Both the position numbers and the translations under genes were made by a program. The notes beneath the pieces are model-generated. The model did no database searches and was not told the DNA's origin. It was given only the letters and a program-made list of their open reading frames with translations. This document shows, in pieces, positions 53,364-63,461 of a DNA stretch of 64,000 nucleotides (position 1 is its first letter; each line of letters opens with the position of its first letter). The DNA lies in assembly GCA_037917685.1 (NCBI GenBank), contig JAVCBU010000006.1:207089-271088 (forward strand). Direction: 5' to 3'. Source of the stretch: Thermoproteota archaeon (lineage in GTDB: Archaea; Korarchaeota; Korarchaeia; Korarchaeales; JAOZGB01).

Positions 53364-54245
53364 ATGAAGCTAATAAAGAAAACCTACAAGTTTTACTCCA
53401 GTAATAAAAAGTATAGACTTACATTTTACAGGTTTGAGGGCGAAAGGAAGCCTTCATATCTATTTGTAGCCGGCATCCATGGAAATGAATCTAACGCGAT
53501 CTATACCGCTTTCCTGCTAATAACCAAACTCATTAAACTCAATAAAATACACAGTACTGTTACAATACTCCCAAGAGCTAATCCCCCCGCTATCAAGGGG
53601 AAGTTGAGGTTAAGCCCGGAAGACGGGAAAGACATGGCAAGATCGTTTCCAGGCAACCCTAACGGTACCCTAACAGAAAAGGTAGCTCACGTAGTATTTC
53701 AAGAAGCTGTAAAACATGACTACGTAATAGATATCCATAATATGTCACTACCCTCTATCTCGTTCTGCTCTACGTATTTCTCAAATATGAATTTAAGCCT
53801 AGCGATGAAAACCGGGGTAAACTATATTGTAGAGTCTAAAAGAATTCCCGGAACTTTAAGTACCACAGCGTCTACAGAGGGAATCCCAGCAGTTGAAATA
53901 GAAGTTGGGGGAACCGGAAAAGACATTAAGGAGTCGGACGCCAAAAAGGTTTCAAATAAGCTCCTAAGAATGCTACTGGATGAAGGCACACCCGACAGCC
54001 CGAAGTTCCTGGGGATAAGAGAGACAGTAAAATCTCCTGTAACGGGCTTTTTCTACCCTATGGTTAAGCCAGGCGCTAACCTGACCGTGGCGAGTAAAAT
54101 AGGTGTCATAAAAAACGTTTTTAGACGAGAAGTAGAGGTTCTCTCAGGCTTTTCAGGGGTATGCATTACTATCTCACACGCAAATTTTGTAACTAGAGGT
54201 CAAAGAATAGCATCCATCTCACGATATCTTAAAATGAAACTATAA
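53364..54245 (+). CDS. succinylglutamate desuccinylase/aspartoacylase family zinc hydrolase
   Basis: 293 aa. Motif FVAGIHGNESNA. Confidence 0.7.
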   Translation: MKLIKKTYKFYSSNKKYRLTFYRFEGERKPSYLFVAGIHGNESNAIYTAFLLITKLIKLNKIHSTVTILPRANPPAIKGKLRLSPEDGKDMARSFPGNPNGTLTEKVAHVVFQEAVKHDYVIDIHNMSLPSISFCSTYFSNMNLSLAMKTGVNYIVESKRIPGTLSTTASTEGIPAVEIEVGGTGKDIKESDAKKVSNKLLRMLLDEGTPDSPKFLGIRETVKSPVTGFFYPMVKPGANLTVASKIGVIKNVFRREVEVLSGFSGVCITISHANFVTRGQRIASISRYLKMKL

Positions 54246-54273
54246 CCCCTTATAGAGATGGTGGTTCTCGCCG

Positions 54274-55719
54274 ATGAAAAGCATATTATGCATGCTTATT
54301 TTGCTGACCGCATTATCATTATTTTCACCTCGAATAGTGACAAGTCAACTGTATAATGTAGAGATCTTCCTTGATAAAACCGAATACTTCCAAGGTGAGA
54401 AGTTAAGGATCTTGGTTTGTGCCTACCAGAATGGTGCCCCCGTTGGGAACGTCTACTTAAAGGTTTTTATCTTTAATCCCAACGGCGAGCTTATGGATGA
54501 GATTTCAGTCTTCCTCTCTAAGGGATGCGGGTCAGCCCTGTATGCAATCCCATCTTCTGCTTTACCAGGAGTGTGGACCGTAGAGGTGAGAGATTTAGAG
54601 GGTAGGTTCCTAGCGGTTAAAAGGTTTACACTGAAAAGAAAACTAATTTCTGTAACAAAGATCTGGTACCCTTCCAAAATCTATACCACTGTGGATAAGC
54701 TTGATATATCCCTTTACTTATTACTACTGACGAACGAGACATTCAATGGAACTATAGATATCGTAGTAAGCAATTCTAATACGTCTGTCGCACTTTCTGG
54801 TGTCTTAAATATAAGCGGAACACCTGGTGAGAGGATTGTAATAAAACTGTCATCAATAGGGATCGAGATCCCTATATCCGCTCTTAAACCCGGGAACTAC
54901 AGCCTTAACATAAGGATCTCCCACAATAAGAATTTGATACTAGACCACACAGGCTCTATTACGATAACTTCTCCTGAAATACTGGTAGATATTCCCACAC
55001 AGAAAATTGTGCAAGAATACGGTTCACAAGCTACAACGACACTTCTGATAAAAAACAATCTTTCATATAAGTTCAATCTCAACATATCATGGGAAATAGT
55101 AAAGAACAGCAAGCAAATTATAAGTGGAGAAATCTCTGAGGACGTACCTGCCCGGAAATCTAAAAATGTAACGATAAAAATTCCACCATTAGAAGATGTA
55201 GGAGGCTATATCATGGTAATTAACGTGTTTGGAGACAACACCATGGTGTACTCTGGTATAGTGACAGTTGAAAACATTGGAGCCGTTCAAATAGTTAATA
55301 TTCCCGAAAAAGCTTACATAGGGGAAAAGTACACTATGCAAGTGTTAGATCAAAACGGCAACCCGGTAGCTGTAAACATCTCTATAAAAAGACCTGATGG
55401 GACTATTGAATTCAAAGAAGCAACTGATACAGGGGAATTTCAGTTTATCCCTGTGACACCTGGAGATTATAAAATCACAGCTTTTGGAGACTACTATAAA
55501 GAAACATCGGTCACAGTAGAGGTTTCAGAAAAGCCGGTTCAAACAACCTCCTCTCCGCCTCCAACATCAACCCCACCCCCAGAAGGTAAAAAGATAAGTA
55601 AGCTCTTATTCCTAATCCCGATAGCCATCGTAGTTGTCATAATAGTTATTTTCATTTACACAAAAAAGTTGAAAGAGGAGAAAATAGAAGAAGTATTAGA
55701 AGAAGTAGCTAAAGTCTAA
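54274..55719 (+). CDS. secreted, C-terminally membrane-anchored protein with Ig-like/carboxypeptidase-regulatory-like repeats
   Basis: 481 aa. Signal peptide, many N-x-S/T sites, a beta-sandwich-like segment (QVLDQNGNPVAVNISIKRPDGTIEF...PGDYKITAF), a Pro/Ser/Thr linker and one TM. Confidence 0.6.
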   Translation: MKSILCMLILLTALSLFSPRIVTSQLYNVEIFLDKTEYFQGEKLRILVCAYQNGAPVGNVYLKVFIFNPNGELMDEISVFLSKGCGSALYAIPSSALPGVWTVEVRDLEGRFLAVKRFTLKRKLISVTKIWYPSKIYTTVDKLDISLYLLLLTNETFNGTIDIVVSNSNTSVALSGVLNISGTPGERIVIKLSSIGIEIPISALKPGNYSLNIRISHNKNLILDHTGSITITSPEILVDIPTQKIVQEYGSQATTTLLIKNNLSYKFNLNISWEIVKNSKQIISGEISEDVPARKSKNVTIKIPPLEDVGGYIMVINVFGDNTMVYSGIVTVENIGAVQIVNIPEKAYIGEKYTMQVLDQNGNPVAVNISIKRPDGTIEFKEATDTGEFQFIPVTPGDYKITAFGDYYKETSVTVEVSEKPVQTTSSPPPTSTPPPEGKKISKLLFLIPIAIVVVIIVIFIYTKKLKEEKIEEVLEEVAKV

Positions 55720-58504
55720 GTTTTCTCCTATAATACTCTCTCTCAGCTAGCCAAAGCTCTTTTAAAAGATGCCTGTTAATCTCTTTAAACCTCTCAGCTA
55801 GCATCTCAGCTCTTTCTATATTTAAACCATCAACGGCTGCAAGCAAATACACAATGTTTTTGCTCCTGTCATAAATCCTTCTCCACCTGAGTAGTTCTTT
55901 CTTTAACTCAGCACTTTCTATTTTCATGAGACGTGAATAGCTCTCATCCTTTACACCTATAACGCCCTCTAACCCGCAAAACTTACATTTCAGCTTTCGA
56001 CCAACTATTCTACTTAATCTACTATAACCATTATACTTCCAACAGTTAGTACAAACAAGATGCAGGATTTCATCATATAATCTTTGTTTGAAAGCCTCCA
56101 CAAGAAAATATTCGTAATTCTCCGGCTGGACAATTTCATACCTGCCTCTGGTTATATTTCTCGCTATGGGCGAGAGTTGTCTGACATCATAGGCCTCTAC
56201 AATGATGCCCCTCCCAATTAAAGACAGGAACTTTGAAAGTCCTTCAAGATCCATATCCTGTGTTAGGGTTTCGTTTAAAGCCTCATCATATACTGGGGTT
56301 CCCTCAAAGATCTCGGTAAGCTTTGAAAACCCAATATCTCCACGGATCTTCTCTCTAGGTATAGCCCCAAATCTTCTACCCACGTTAAGCAATCTTATCC
56401 TAAACCTAAACGTGTTAGGAGCAACCTTCCTTATCATTTTCGCTAGATCAACGTGTTTTAGCTCTACGAGCTTATCAGCAATGTATGCTGATGACAATGG
56501 AACTTGAGATGTAAGTGTTATGCCGTACTGGCTTTCTCTTGTTAAAACGGGAATACCAATTTCATCAACTATAATCTTAGAAAGAATTATGGATAGAGTT
56601 CTGTTTACCAATGTTCCAACTGGGCATAAAATCGCTACATTCAGACCGTTGGATTCGATAACTATACGCTTACCACCCCCTGGTGGAACCCCATAAGAAA
56701 ACTGTTCTCTAAACAGCTTTAATGCTCTCCTTATGGAAGCAATATCTGTATAAGGATAGCTTTCTATTATCTTGGTTGCTATTGCTATCTCATCTAGGCC
56801 CCTCATCATCATCTCCCAAATTAAACTCCATAGTTCTCCAACCTCCATGGCTATCTCGAAGGGCACTGGAAGTTCTTCGCCTGTCCAACTAGGAATCGCA
56901 CCTTCAGCGCTTTCGGATAATAACCCGTACACAGCATTCTCCTTAAGTTCCTGGATCTCCCATGGTACTCCCTTGAAAATTACTTTCCTTCCTGGAGCGC
57001 AGTACTCTAAAACAAATGCTTCATTTAACACGCCTACAGGTAAACCGTCTTTTGCATCTATGAACGGTATGACATTCTCCTCAGGGATGGTTGATACATT
57101 TTTAAAATAGTATTCGTAGCTTACCTTCCCACCTTTTCTAATAATTCCCCCTCTTACTTTAAGAATGGGAGGCCACATATTGGATAAATATTCTATGACC
57201 CTCACGAGCTCAGTTATATCAAGATTCCTGTACGGAAAGCATTTTCTAAAGATGCCTAGAACTTCTGAAACGTCGATATAGCCCTCGGTGAGAGTTAAAC
57301 CTACTATCTGATGGGCTAAAACATCTAAAGGCTTATTAAAAATCCTCTGGACTTCAATATGTCCAGAAATAGCTCTTCTAGCAACCACCAAACTTTCGAA
57401 CAAGTCAAGTTCGTCGATAGCAACGATTATACCTTGTGCCACTAGGCCAGGCTTATGGCTAGCCCTTCCCACCCTTTGTATTAGCCTACATGCCTGTCGG
57501 GGGGACATATACTGGATAACACGGTCAACCTCACCTATGTCTATCCCAAGCTCAAGGGAGCTCGTACATACGATAGCCTTTATGAGACCTTTTCTAAGGC
57601 CTATTTCAGCTGATCTTCTGACATATCCGGATAGTGAGCTATGGTGCACGGTTAGTATGCTTTCTAAACCCATAAGCCTAAGCCTAACCCCCAGAATCTC
57701 AGCTAATGACCTTGTATTTACAAATACAAGGCTAGATTTCGCTTTTGTTATTTCTTGGGAGATGTAGTTTAAATCGTCAACATTCCCTCCAGAAACACCA
57801 CTTCGAAGGGGGGACTTCCTTCTCCGCCTTAAAAATTCAACTTTTACCCTAAAAGGCCTTTCCTCCATGGCATTCACTATCTCTAGCTTTCCGGGGTAGC
57901 CGTAGAATCTTGCAACTTCATCTGGATTACCAATGGTAGCTGATAAAGCTATGAGCTGGAAATCATCAACTAACATTCTTAGTCTTTCAAGTCCAACCAC
58001 AAGCTGTGTCCCCCTCTTGTTACCAACGAGTTCATGAGCTTCATCAATAATAACATATCCGACATTTGAGAGGTGTTCCCTTAATCTTCTTCCGAGAAGA
58101 AGAATCTGCAATGTTTCTGGTGTAGTAATCAGAATCATAGGTGGTGTCATCGCTTGTCTTCTCCTTACCGATGTAGAGGTGTCCCCATGTCTTACTTCCA
58201 CATCTAGACCTACAGCCTGCGAATATTCAACAAGCCTCCTAAGTAAATCCCTGTTTAGAGCTCTAAGCGGTGTAATGTACAATATTCGAAATCCTGAAGT
58301 CTTCTTTTCGGTATAAACATTTGTAAGAACCGGCAGCAAAGCTCCTTCTGTTTTTCCAGAAGCTGTTGGGGCGATAGCTAAAACATTGGCCCCAGATAGC
58401 ACTCTAGGTATTAACATCTCTTGTATCTTAGTAGGACTAATATATCCCTTTGCCTCTAACAATTTTTTAAGGGGTTCTGCTAACAGTCCAAAAACATCTT
58501 TCAA
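55709..58504 (-). CDS. lhr: Lhr-like ATP-dependent helicase (superfamily 2, DEAH)
   Basis: 931 aa. Motif I APTASGKTE, motif II IIDEAHE, SAT, motif VI QRVGRASH. Long C-terminal domain with a CxxC...CxxC ribbon. Confidence 0.88.
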   Translation of the reverse strand: MKDVFGLLAEPLKKLLEAKGYISPTKIQEMLIPRVLSGANVLAIAPTASGKTEGALLPVLTNVYTEKKTSGFRILYITPLRALNRDLLRRLVEYSQAVGLDVEVRHGDTSTSVRRRQAMTPPMILITTPETLQILLLGRRLREHLSNVGYVIIDEAHELVGNKRGTQLVVGLERLRMLVDDFQLIALSATIGNPDEVARFYGYPGKLEIVNAMEERPFRVKVEFLRRRRKSPLRSGVSGGNVDDLNYISQEITKAKSSLVFVNTRSLAEILGVRLRLMGLESILTVHHSSLSGYVRRSAEIGLRKGLIKAIVCTSSLELGIDIGEVDRVIQYMSPRQACRLIQRVGRASHKPGLVAQGIIVAIDELDLFESLVVARRAISGHIEVQRIFNKPLDVLAHQIVGLTLTEGYIDVSEVLGIFRKCFPYRNLDITELVRVIEYLSNMWPPILKVRGGIIRKGGKVSYEYYFKNVSTIPEENVIPFIDAKDGLPVGVLNEAFVLEYCAPGRKVIFKGVPWEIQELKENAVYGLLSESAEGAIPSWTGEELPVPFEIAMEVGELWSLIWEMMMRGLDEIAIATKIIESYPYTDIASIRRALKLFREQFSYGVPPGGGKRIVIESNGLNVAILCPVGTLVNRTLSIILSKIIVDEIGIPVLTRESQYGITLTSQVPLSSAYIADKLVELKHVDLAKMIRKVAPNTFRFRIRLLNVGRRFGAIPREKIRGDIGFSKLTEIFEGTPVYDEALNETLTQDMDLEGLSKFLSLIGRGIIVEAYDVRQLSPIARNITRGRYEIVQPENYEYFLVEAFKQRLYDEILHLVCTNCWKYNGYSRLSRIVGRKLKCKFCGLEGVIGVKDESYSRLMKIESAELKKELLRWRRIYDRSKNIVYLLAAVDGLNIERAEMLAERFKEINRHLLKELWLAEREYYRRKLRL

Positions 58505-58585
58505 TCTAAATAGTTCATTATAAGCGTTTTAACCTAAAAATAATAGCATTTTATCCTTGTCAAAGTTTTTAATTTCCCTTAGGCA

Positions 58586-58593
58586 TTTAATAA
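58586..58593 (+). promoter_or_regulatory. candidate TATA box (TTTAATAA) for the thermosome gene
   Basis: About 50 nt upstream of ATG 58641. GAGGTGAT Shine-Dalgarno-like element at 58628-58635. Confidence 0.35.
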
Positions 58594-58640
58594 TGTATAG
58601 AGAAAACACTTTGAAATACTGTTTTATGAGGTGATGAGCA

Positions 58641-60245
58641 ATGGCTGAGTCGAAAGCAAAGGAAGTGCCAGCGGGAATACCGGTTCTCGTTTTGAAGGAG
58701 GGAACTCGAAGGACAACGGGTAGAGAAGCAATGTTGCAAAATATAACTGTGGCTAAAACCCTATCGGAAGTTTTGAGAACAACTCTTGGTCCCAAAGGGA
58801 TGCAAAAGATGCTTGTCGATTCCTTTGGAGATGTTGTAATAACCAATGACGGAGCAACTGTCATGAAGGAGATAGAGGTTGAGCATCCAACTGCAAAGAT
58901 GTTGGTTGAAGTTGCTAAAACACAGGACCAAGAGGCGGGAGACGGAACCACTACCTCAGTTATCCTAGCTGGAGAGCTTCTAGGGAATGCTCAGGAGCTT
59001 CTAGAGCTAAACATACATCCAACCATAATAGTTAAAGGTTACAAGCTTGCAGCAGCAAAGGCGCTTGAGATTATAAGGGACTCCGCCGTCGAGGTAAAAT
59101 GGGACGACAGAAATGTTTTGAAGAAGGTTGCAATGATAGCATTAGGGTCCAAAACAAGCGGTATCCACAAAGAGTACCTGTCTGATCTGGCAGCTGAAGC
59201 AGCACTTAGAGTTGTACAGGAAAGGGATGGTAAAAGAATAGTTGATCTTGATGATATTAAAATCGAAAAGAAGGAGGGAGGTACGCTCACCGATACCAAA
59301 CTTATCAACGGCATAGTCATAGACAAGGAGATAGTTCATCCAGGCATGAAGAAGAGAGTACAAAATGCTAAGATAGCTCTTATAGAAAGTGCATTAGAAA
59401 TTAAAAAGCTGGAATTCGACTCCAAGCTAAGCATAACATCTCCTGAGAAGATGAGGGCTTTCATGGAGCAGGAGAGAGAGCTCCTGAGAGAAATGGTTGA
59501 AAAAATAAAGAGCGTCGGTGCAAACTTTGTTTTCTGTCAGAAAGGAATCGATGACGTAGCACAGCATTACCTTGCGAAATATGGTATATCAGCGGTGAGA
59601 CGTGTTAGAAAGTCCGACATGGAAAAGCTTGCAAAGGCAACAGGAGGAAAGGTAGTGGCAAATCTTAGAGACTTATCCATAGAAGATCTTGGAGTAGCAG
59701 AACTTGTGGAAGAGAGGAGAGTAGGAGAAGACAAGATGGTGTTCGTTGAAGGCTGCAAAAACCCCAAGGCCGTAACGATTCTAGTAAGAGGAGGCTCCAA
59801 ACAAGTAATAGATGAAGCGGAAAGATCGGTTCATGATGCACTATCGGTAATAAAGGATGTAATAGAAGATGCAACCATTGTTCCAGGAGGAGGCGCAATA
59901 GAAGCCGAAATTTCAATGAAACTAAGAGATTACGCCGAATCCGTTGGGGGTAAAGAGCAGAAGGCTATCGAAAGATTCGCAGACGCGGTAGAAGTCATAC
60001 CAAGAACTCTCATCGAGAATTCGGGATTTGACACGGTTACGAAAATGGCTGAACTTGTGAAGAAGCACCACGAAGGAATGAAAAATGCAGGGATAAACAT
60101 ATTTACAGGTGATGTTGCGGACATGGTCGATCTCGGAGTCATAGAACCTGCGAGAGTGAAACTGCAAGCGATAAAGTCCGCGGCTGAAGCGGCAGAAACA
60201 ATATTAAGAATAGACGACATAATAGCATCATCAAAAATAGAGTAG
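58641..60245 (+). CDS. ths: thermosome subunit (group II chaperonin)
   Basis: 534 aa. Motifs LGPKGM, GDGTTT and VPGGGA. Confidence 0.95.
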   Translation: MAESKAKEVPAGIPVLVLKEGTRRTTGREAMLQNITVAKTLSEVLRTTLGPKGMQKMLVDSFGDVVITNDGATVMKEIEVEHPTAKMLVEVAKTQDQEAGDGTTTSVILAGELLGNAQELLELNIHPTIIVKGYKLAAAKALEIIRDSAVEVKWDDRNVLKKVAMIALGSKTSGIHKEYLSDLAAEAALRVVQERDGKRIVDLDDIKIEKKEGGTLTDTKLINGIVIDKEIVHPGMKKRVQNAKIALIESALEIKKLEFDSKLSITSPEKMRAFMEQERELLREMVEKIKSVGANFVFCQKGIDDVAQHYLAKYGISAVRRVRKSDMEKLAKATGGKVVANLRDLSIEDLGVAELVEERRVGEDKMVFVEGCKNPKAVTILVRGGSKQVIDEAERSVHDALSVIKDVIEDATIVPGGGAIEAEISMKLRDYAESVGGKEQKAIERFADAVEVIPRTLIENSGFDTVTKMAELVKKHHEGMKNAGINIFTGDVADMVDLGVIEPARVKLQAIKSAAEAAETILRIDDIIASSKIE

Positions 60246-60251
60246 ATCCAA

Positions 60252-60515
60252 ATGGTGAAAGAAAAGAAATCCGGGGGGGACTTAGGCCCTCCTTACCTCA
60301 CAATTTATGAAAGAACAAGGATAATAGGGATCAGAACGGAACAGCTAGAAGCGGGAGCTAAACCTCTCTTGAAAGATATACCTGAAAATATTAAAGACCC
60401 TAAAAAAATAGCTGAACTTGAACTTGAGGCAGGTGTTCTCCCAATTTTAATAGAGAGGGTATCCTTATCTGGTAGGAGAAAAATAGTTCCCCTTAAGAAA
60501 CTACTTGGGAAGTAA
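60252..60515 (+). CDS. rpoK: DNA-directed RNA polymerase subunit K (Rpo6)
   Basis: 87 aa. Pattern LTIYERTRIIGIRTEQLEAGAKPLL. Confidence 0.88.
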   Translation: MVKEKKSGGDLGPPYLTIYERTRIIGIRTEQLEAGAKPLLKDIPENIKDPKKIAELELEAGVLPILIERVSLSGRRKIVPLKKLLGK

Positions 60516-60578
60516 AACATTTAAAAAAAGCCAGTATGGATATGAAGCCAAGAACCTACAACAAACAAGGTGACATGA

Positions 60579-60866
60579 ATGTCCGCAGAAGTAGGAACTG
60601 TATACATAGGAAATAAGCCAGCCATCAACTACGTGATGGCTACGATTCTCCAAATAAACCAGGGAATAAACAGAATAGTTCTAAAAGCACGTGGAAGAGC
60701 TATCTCAAGAGCTGTTGATGTTGCAGAAATCGCCAGGCAGAAGTACCTTCCAGGCCGTCTGGAGGTAAGGGATATAAGAATAGGAACAGAGGAAATCCTA
60801 GCGGAGAACGGAACAAGAAGAGACGTTAGCGTAATAGAGATCGAACTAGAGTACAAGCCAGAGTAA
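60579..60866 (+). CDS. albA: DNA/RNA-binding protein Alba
   Basis: 95 aa. Pattern VYIGNKPAINYVMATI...VLKARGRAISRAVDVAEI. Confidence 0.92.
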   Translation: MSAEVGTVYIGNKPAINYVMATILQINQGINRIVLKARGRAISRAVDVAEIARQKYLPGRLEVRDIRIGTEEILAENGTRRDVSVIEIELEYKPE

Positions 60867-60907
60867 TAGACTTCCTTCACCCTTTCTTTACATTTTGGTG
60901 GTAAATC

Positions 60908-61057
60908 ATGGGCGTAAGAGTTGAGGTTAGAGGAAGCAAGGGGGAATTAGAAGAAAAAACATGTCAAAATTGTTCATCGATCTTTTATATAAACCCACGC
61001 AAGAAGAGAACAGTTGCCTATTGTCCAGTTTGCGGATTCAAAATAAAGCTTAAGTAA
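60908..61057 (+). CDS. small zinc-ribbon protein (49 aa)
   Basis: Not in the ORF track. Own translation: MGVRVEVRGSKGELEEKTCQNCSSIFYINPRKKRTVAYCPVCGFKIKLK, with CxxC-x19-CxxC. Confidence 0.45.
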   Translation: MGVRVEVRGSKGELEEKTCQNCSSIFYINPRKKRTVAYCPVCGFKIKLK

Positions 61058-61097
61058 AGAAAAATTTATGATTAAGGGTTAAGCTTTCAATAGTGAA

Positions 61098-61433
61098 ATG
61101 GCTAAAAAGAGGAAGAACAGAGGTAGAAAGCTTAGCGGAGCTGGTCATCAAAGGACAGTTCAGTGTTACCAATGTAACAAAGTAATTCCAGCCGATAAAG
61201 CAGTTAAAGTCACAAGGCGATACCTCGTCCTAGATAGCTCATTAGCAAGAGAGTTAAAAAAACAGGGAACCTTTATATCCAGTAGGAAAGAGACTAAATA
61301 TTACTGTGTAAGTTGCGCCGTATACCTTGGAATTGTAAAGGTACGTAGCAGAGAGGAGAGGAAGATTAGGGTACCACTTCAAGTAGGGGAAAGAAAGGTA
61401 AAGCAGGGCCCCCCGCCGCGCATTAAAATCTAA
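61098..61433 (+). CDS. rps26e: 30S ribosomal protein eS26
   Basis: 111 aa. Pattern KKRKNRGRKLSGAGHQRTVQCYQCNKVIPADKAV...YCVSCAV. Confidence 0.88.
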   Translation: MAKKRKNRGRKLSGAGHQRTVQCYQCNKVIPADKAVKVTRRYLVLDSSLARELKKQGTFISSRKETKYYCVSCAVYLGIVKVRSREERKIRVPLQVGERKVKQGPPPRIKI

Positions 61434-61825
61434 AATTTCGATATTATCAATGAGATTGCGATGATTATAAAGACCTCCGCAATTAAGATGTAGAGGAGGA
61501 GACGTTTAATTCCTTCTATCTTTACGCGATATATTTCATCCCGTAAGATGTCATATTCTGAGATAGCCTGCTCAATACTAATTTCTCCGGAGATCAGACG
61601 GTGTTCTAGTGAATTTATTCTTTCTAAGTAGTGCGATACGTCTATACCAGTTATTTTAGGAATTCTGAGATCCTGCCTAAGACTATTCAGATCTTCTAAT
61701 AATCTTAATTTTACACTTAATTCTCCAGTTGAGTTCTGACATGGATAGGTAATAAAATAACCCCTCTCCAGTTGCAGCAAAGCCAATATGCTTAACACTA
61801 CAAGAAGAGTATACGTCTTGTTCAA
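61430..61825 (-). CDS. hypothetical membrane-anchored protein
   Basis: 131 aa. N-terminal signal/TM, helical middle, C-terminal TM. Confidence 0.45.
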   Translation of the reverse strand: MNKTYTLLVVLSILALLQLERGYFITYPCQNSTGELSVKLRLLEDLNSLRQDLRIPKITGIDVSHYLERINSLEHRLISGEISIEQAISEYDILRDEIYRVKIEGIKRLLLYILIAEVFIIIAISLIISKF

Positions 61826-61859
61826 TCTATATATTGATTATCATACATGCTTTAAAATT

Positions 61860-63398
61860 CTATTCCAGTATAAACTTATCTCTAACTACTTTTAGAATCA
61901 TTCCCTCAACAGCTATAGGCTTCCTACTCAAAGCAACTTTGATAGCTTCCTCAAGTCGAGCCTCACTACTGCTATAAATATCGTAAAGGGTATCCCCAAT
62001 ACTAACTTTATCTCCTCTTTTCACATAGAGATAAATGCCAGCGCCACTATCCCTAGGAGCCCCTGCTGCTCTTGCTATTTCCACAAAAGCCCTGTTCGAC
62101 ACCGCTGTGACAAATCCCTCAACTTGACTTTTAACTGAGTATTTATATTGGCCGATCTCGATATCCTCTGGTTTAATGTCAGGGTTACCTCCTTGCTCTC
62201 TAATTATCATCTTCATCCTTTCATAAGCTTTCCCAGTCTCTAAAATATGCCACGCAGCAGCCTCACCTTTACCCGGTGCGGCTGCACCTCCCATTTCTAA
62301 TAGCAGGCCAGCTATAGAGACTGCTTTTTCGACAATGCTTCTTGAACATTTCCCGCCTGTCATCAAACATATTAACGCCTCCTTTGCCTCCAGAGCAGGA
62401 CCGATGGCCCTACCTACAGGCTGACCACCATATGAGATTGCTACCTCAATATTTATTCCAAGTCTTGACCCTATTTCCCTGAATTTATTAGCCATTTCAG
62501 TAGCTTCCTTCACGGTCTCTACCTTCGCCTCTTCTCCAGTAGGTATATCTAAAACAAGGTTCTTCACTGATGCCGCCAGCTTTTTTGAAAGGATAGATGC
62601 GAACATTAAGGGTTCAGGATCTAGTGAAAGGGGAAACTCAACGCGGGAAATAAGGATGTCATCTACAGGCGAGATGTTCGCAGTTTTAGTCCATGCTATG
62701 GTCCCCCTAACCTTTAAACAAGCTTCAACTATCTCCTCTGCAGTCAAATCTACAGGGGCTAGAACCTCCATCGTATCCACAGTTCCTGATGGGCTTGTTA
62801 TGGCTCTAGTGCTGGTTTTAGGAATGTGTAAACCAGCCTCAGCAACTATGGGAACAATTATAAGGGTATCCTTACTTGTGCCAGGTACTCCTCCGATGCC
62901 GTGCTTGTCGAAAACTGTTATATCACCAAATTCCAGCTTGTTTCCAGCTTCAGCCATAGCCTTGGTAAGGCTAACAATCTCATCAGTAGACATGCCATGA
63001 AATTCAAGGGCTGTTACAAACGCGGCAAGTTCAGCGTCGCTTACAAGCCCCTCTTTAATATCATTTATGAGATCAAATATCTCTTCTTCGGAAAGTTCTT
63101 CTCCCCTTAGCTTGTTCTTCAAATACTTTACAGTGGAGGGTGCTTCCACTCCTTTAACGTAAACATAGGAGCCATCATCCACCTCTAGGCTCCTAGAAGC
63201 CTCGGAGAAAAGACCTATCTCACCTCTCTTGATTATATCTCCACTGGTTATACTAACTATCGCGACTATAGACTTGTGATCCGTTGAGACCCTAACCCTA
63301 CTGTTCGTCCATATGCCATATTTTTCTGCGTCTTCAGCATTCATTAAGATTCTTACATCGCCTAAAGCCATGTCTAAGATTCTAACTCTGAACTTCAT
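61860..63398 (-). CDS. deoA: AMP phosphorylase (archaeal thymidine phosphorylase family, DeoA type)
   Basis: 512 aa. The archaeal-specific N-terminal domain (MKFRVRILDM...ILMNAEDAEKYGI) precedes the glycosyl-transferase family 3 core (DKHGIGGVPG). Confidence 0.85.
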   Translation of the reverse strand: MKFRVRILDMALGDVRILMNAEDAEKYGIWTNSRVRVSTDHKSIVAIVSITSGDIIKRGEIGLFSEASRSLEVDDGSYVYVKGVEAPSTVKYLKNKLRGEELSEEEIFDLINDIKEGLVSDAELAAFVTALEFHGMSTDEIVSLTKAMAEAGNKLEFGDITVFDKHGIGGVPGTSKDTLIIVPIVAEAGLHIPKTSTRAITSPSGTVDTMEVLAPVDLTAEEIVEACLKVRGTIAWTKTANISPVDDILISRVEFPLSLDPEPLMFASILSKKLAASVKNLVLDIPTGEEAKVETVKEATEMANKFREIGSRLGINIEVAISYGGQPVGRAIGPALEAKEALICLMTGGKCSRSIVEKAVSIAGLLLEMGGAAAPGKGEAAAWHILETGKAYERMKMIIREQGGNPDIKPEDIEIGQYKYSVKSQVEGFVTAVSNRAFVEIARAAGAPRDSGAGIYLYVKRGDKVSIGDTLYDIYSSSEARLEEAIKVALSRKPIAVEGMILKVVRDKFILE

Positions 63399-63461
63399 AA
63401 TTCATCAACCTTATTGTGGGAAAATATCATAATGCAGAATGGCCTTAATAAAATTACCGGT

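Noticed and set aside
58628-58655. A possible C/D-box sRNA (GTGATGA ... CTGA) at the thermosome start.
   Set aside because: The boxes are only about 10 nt apart, and there is no second box pair or terminal stem. The GTGATGA belongs to the Shine-Dalgarno/start region GAGGTGATGAGCAATG.
58529-58951. A 140-aa minus-strand ORF overlapping the thermosome 5' region.
   Set aside because: It is antisense to a highly conserved chaperonin gene and extends through its promoter. The composition is typical of a shadow ORF.
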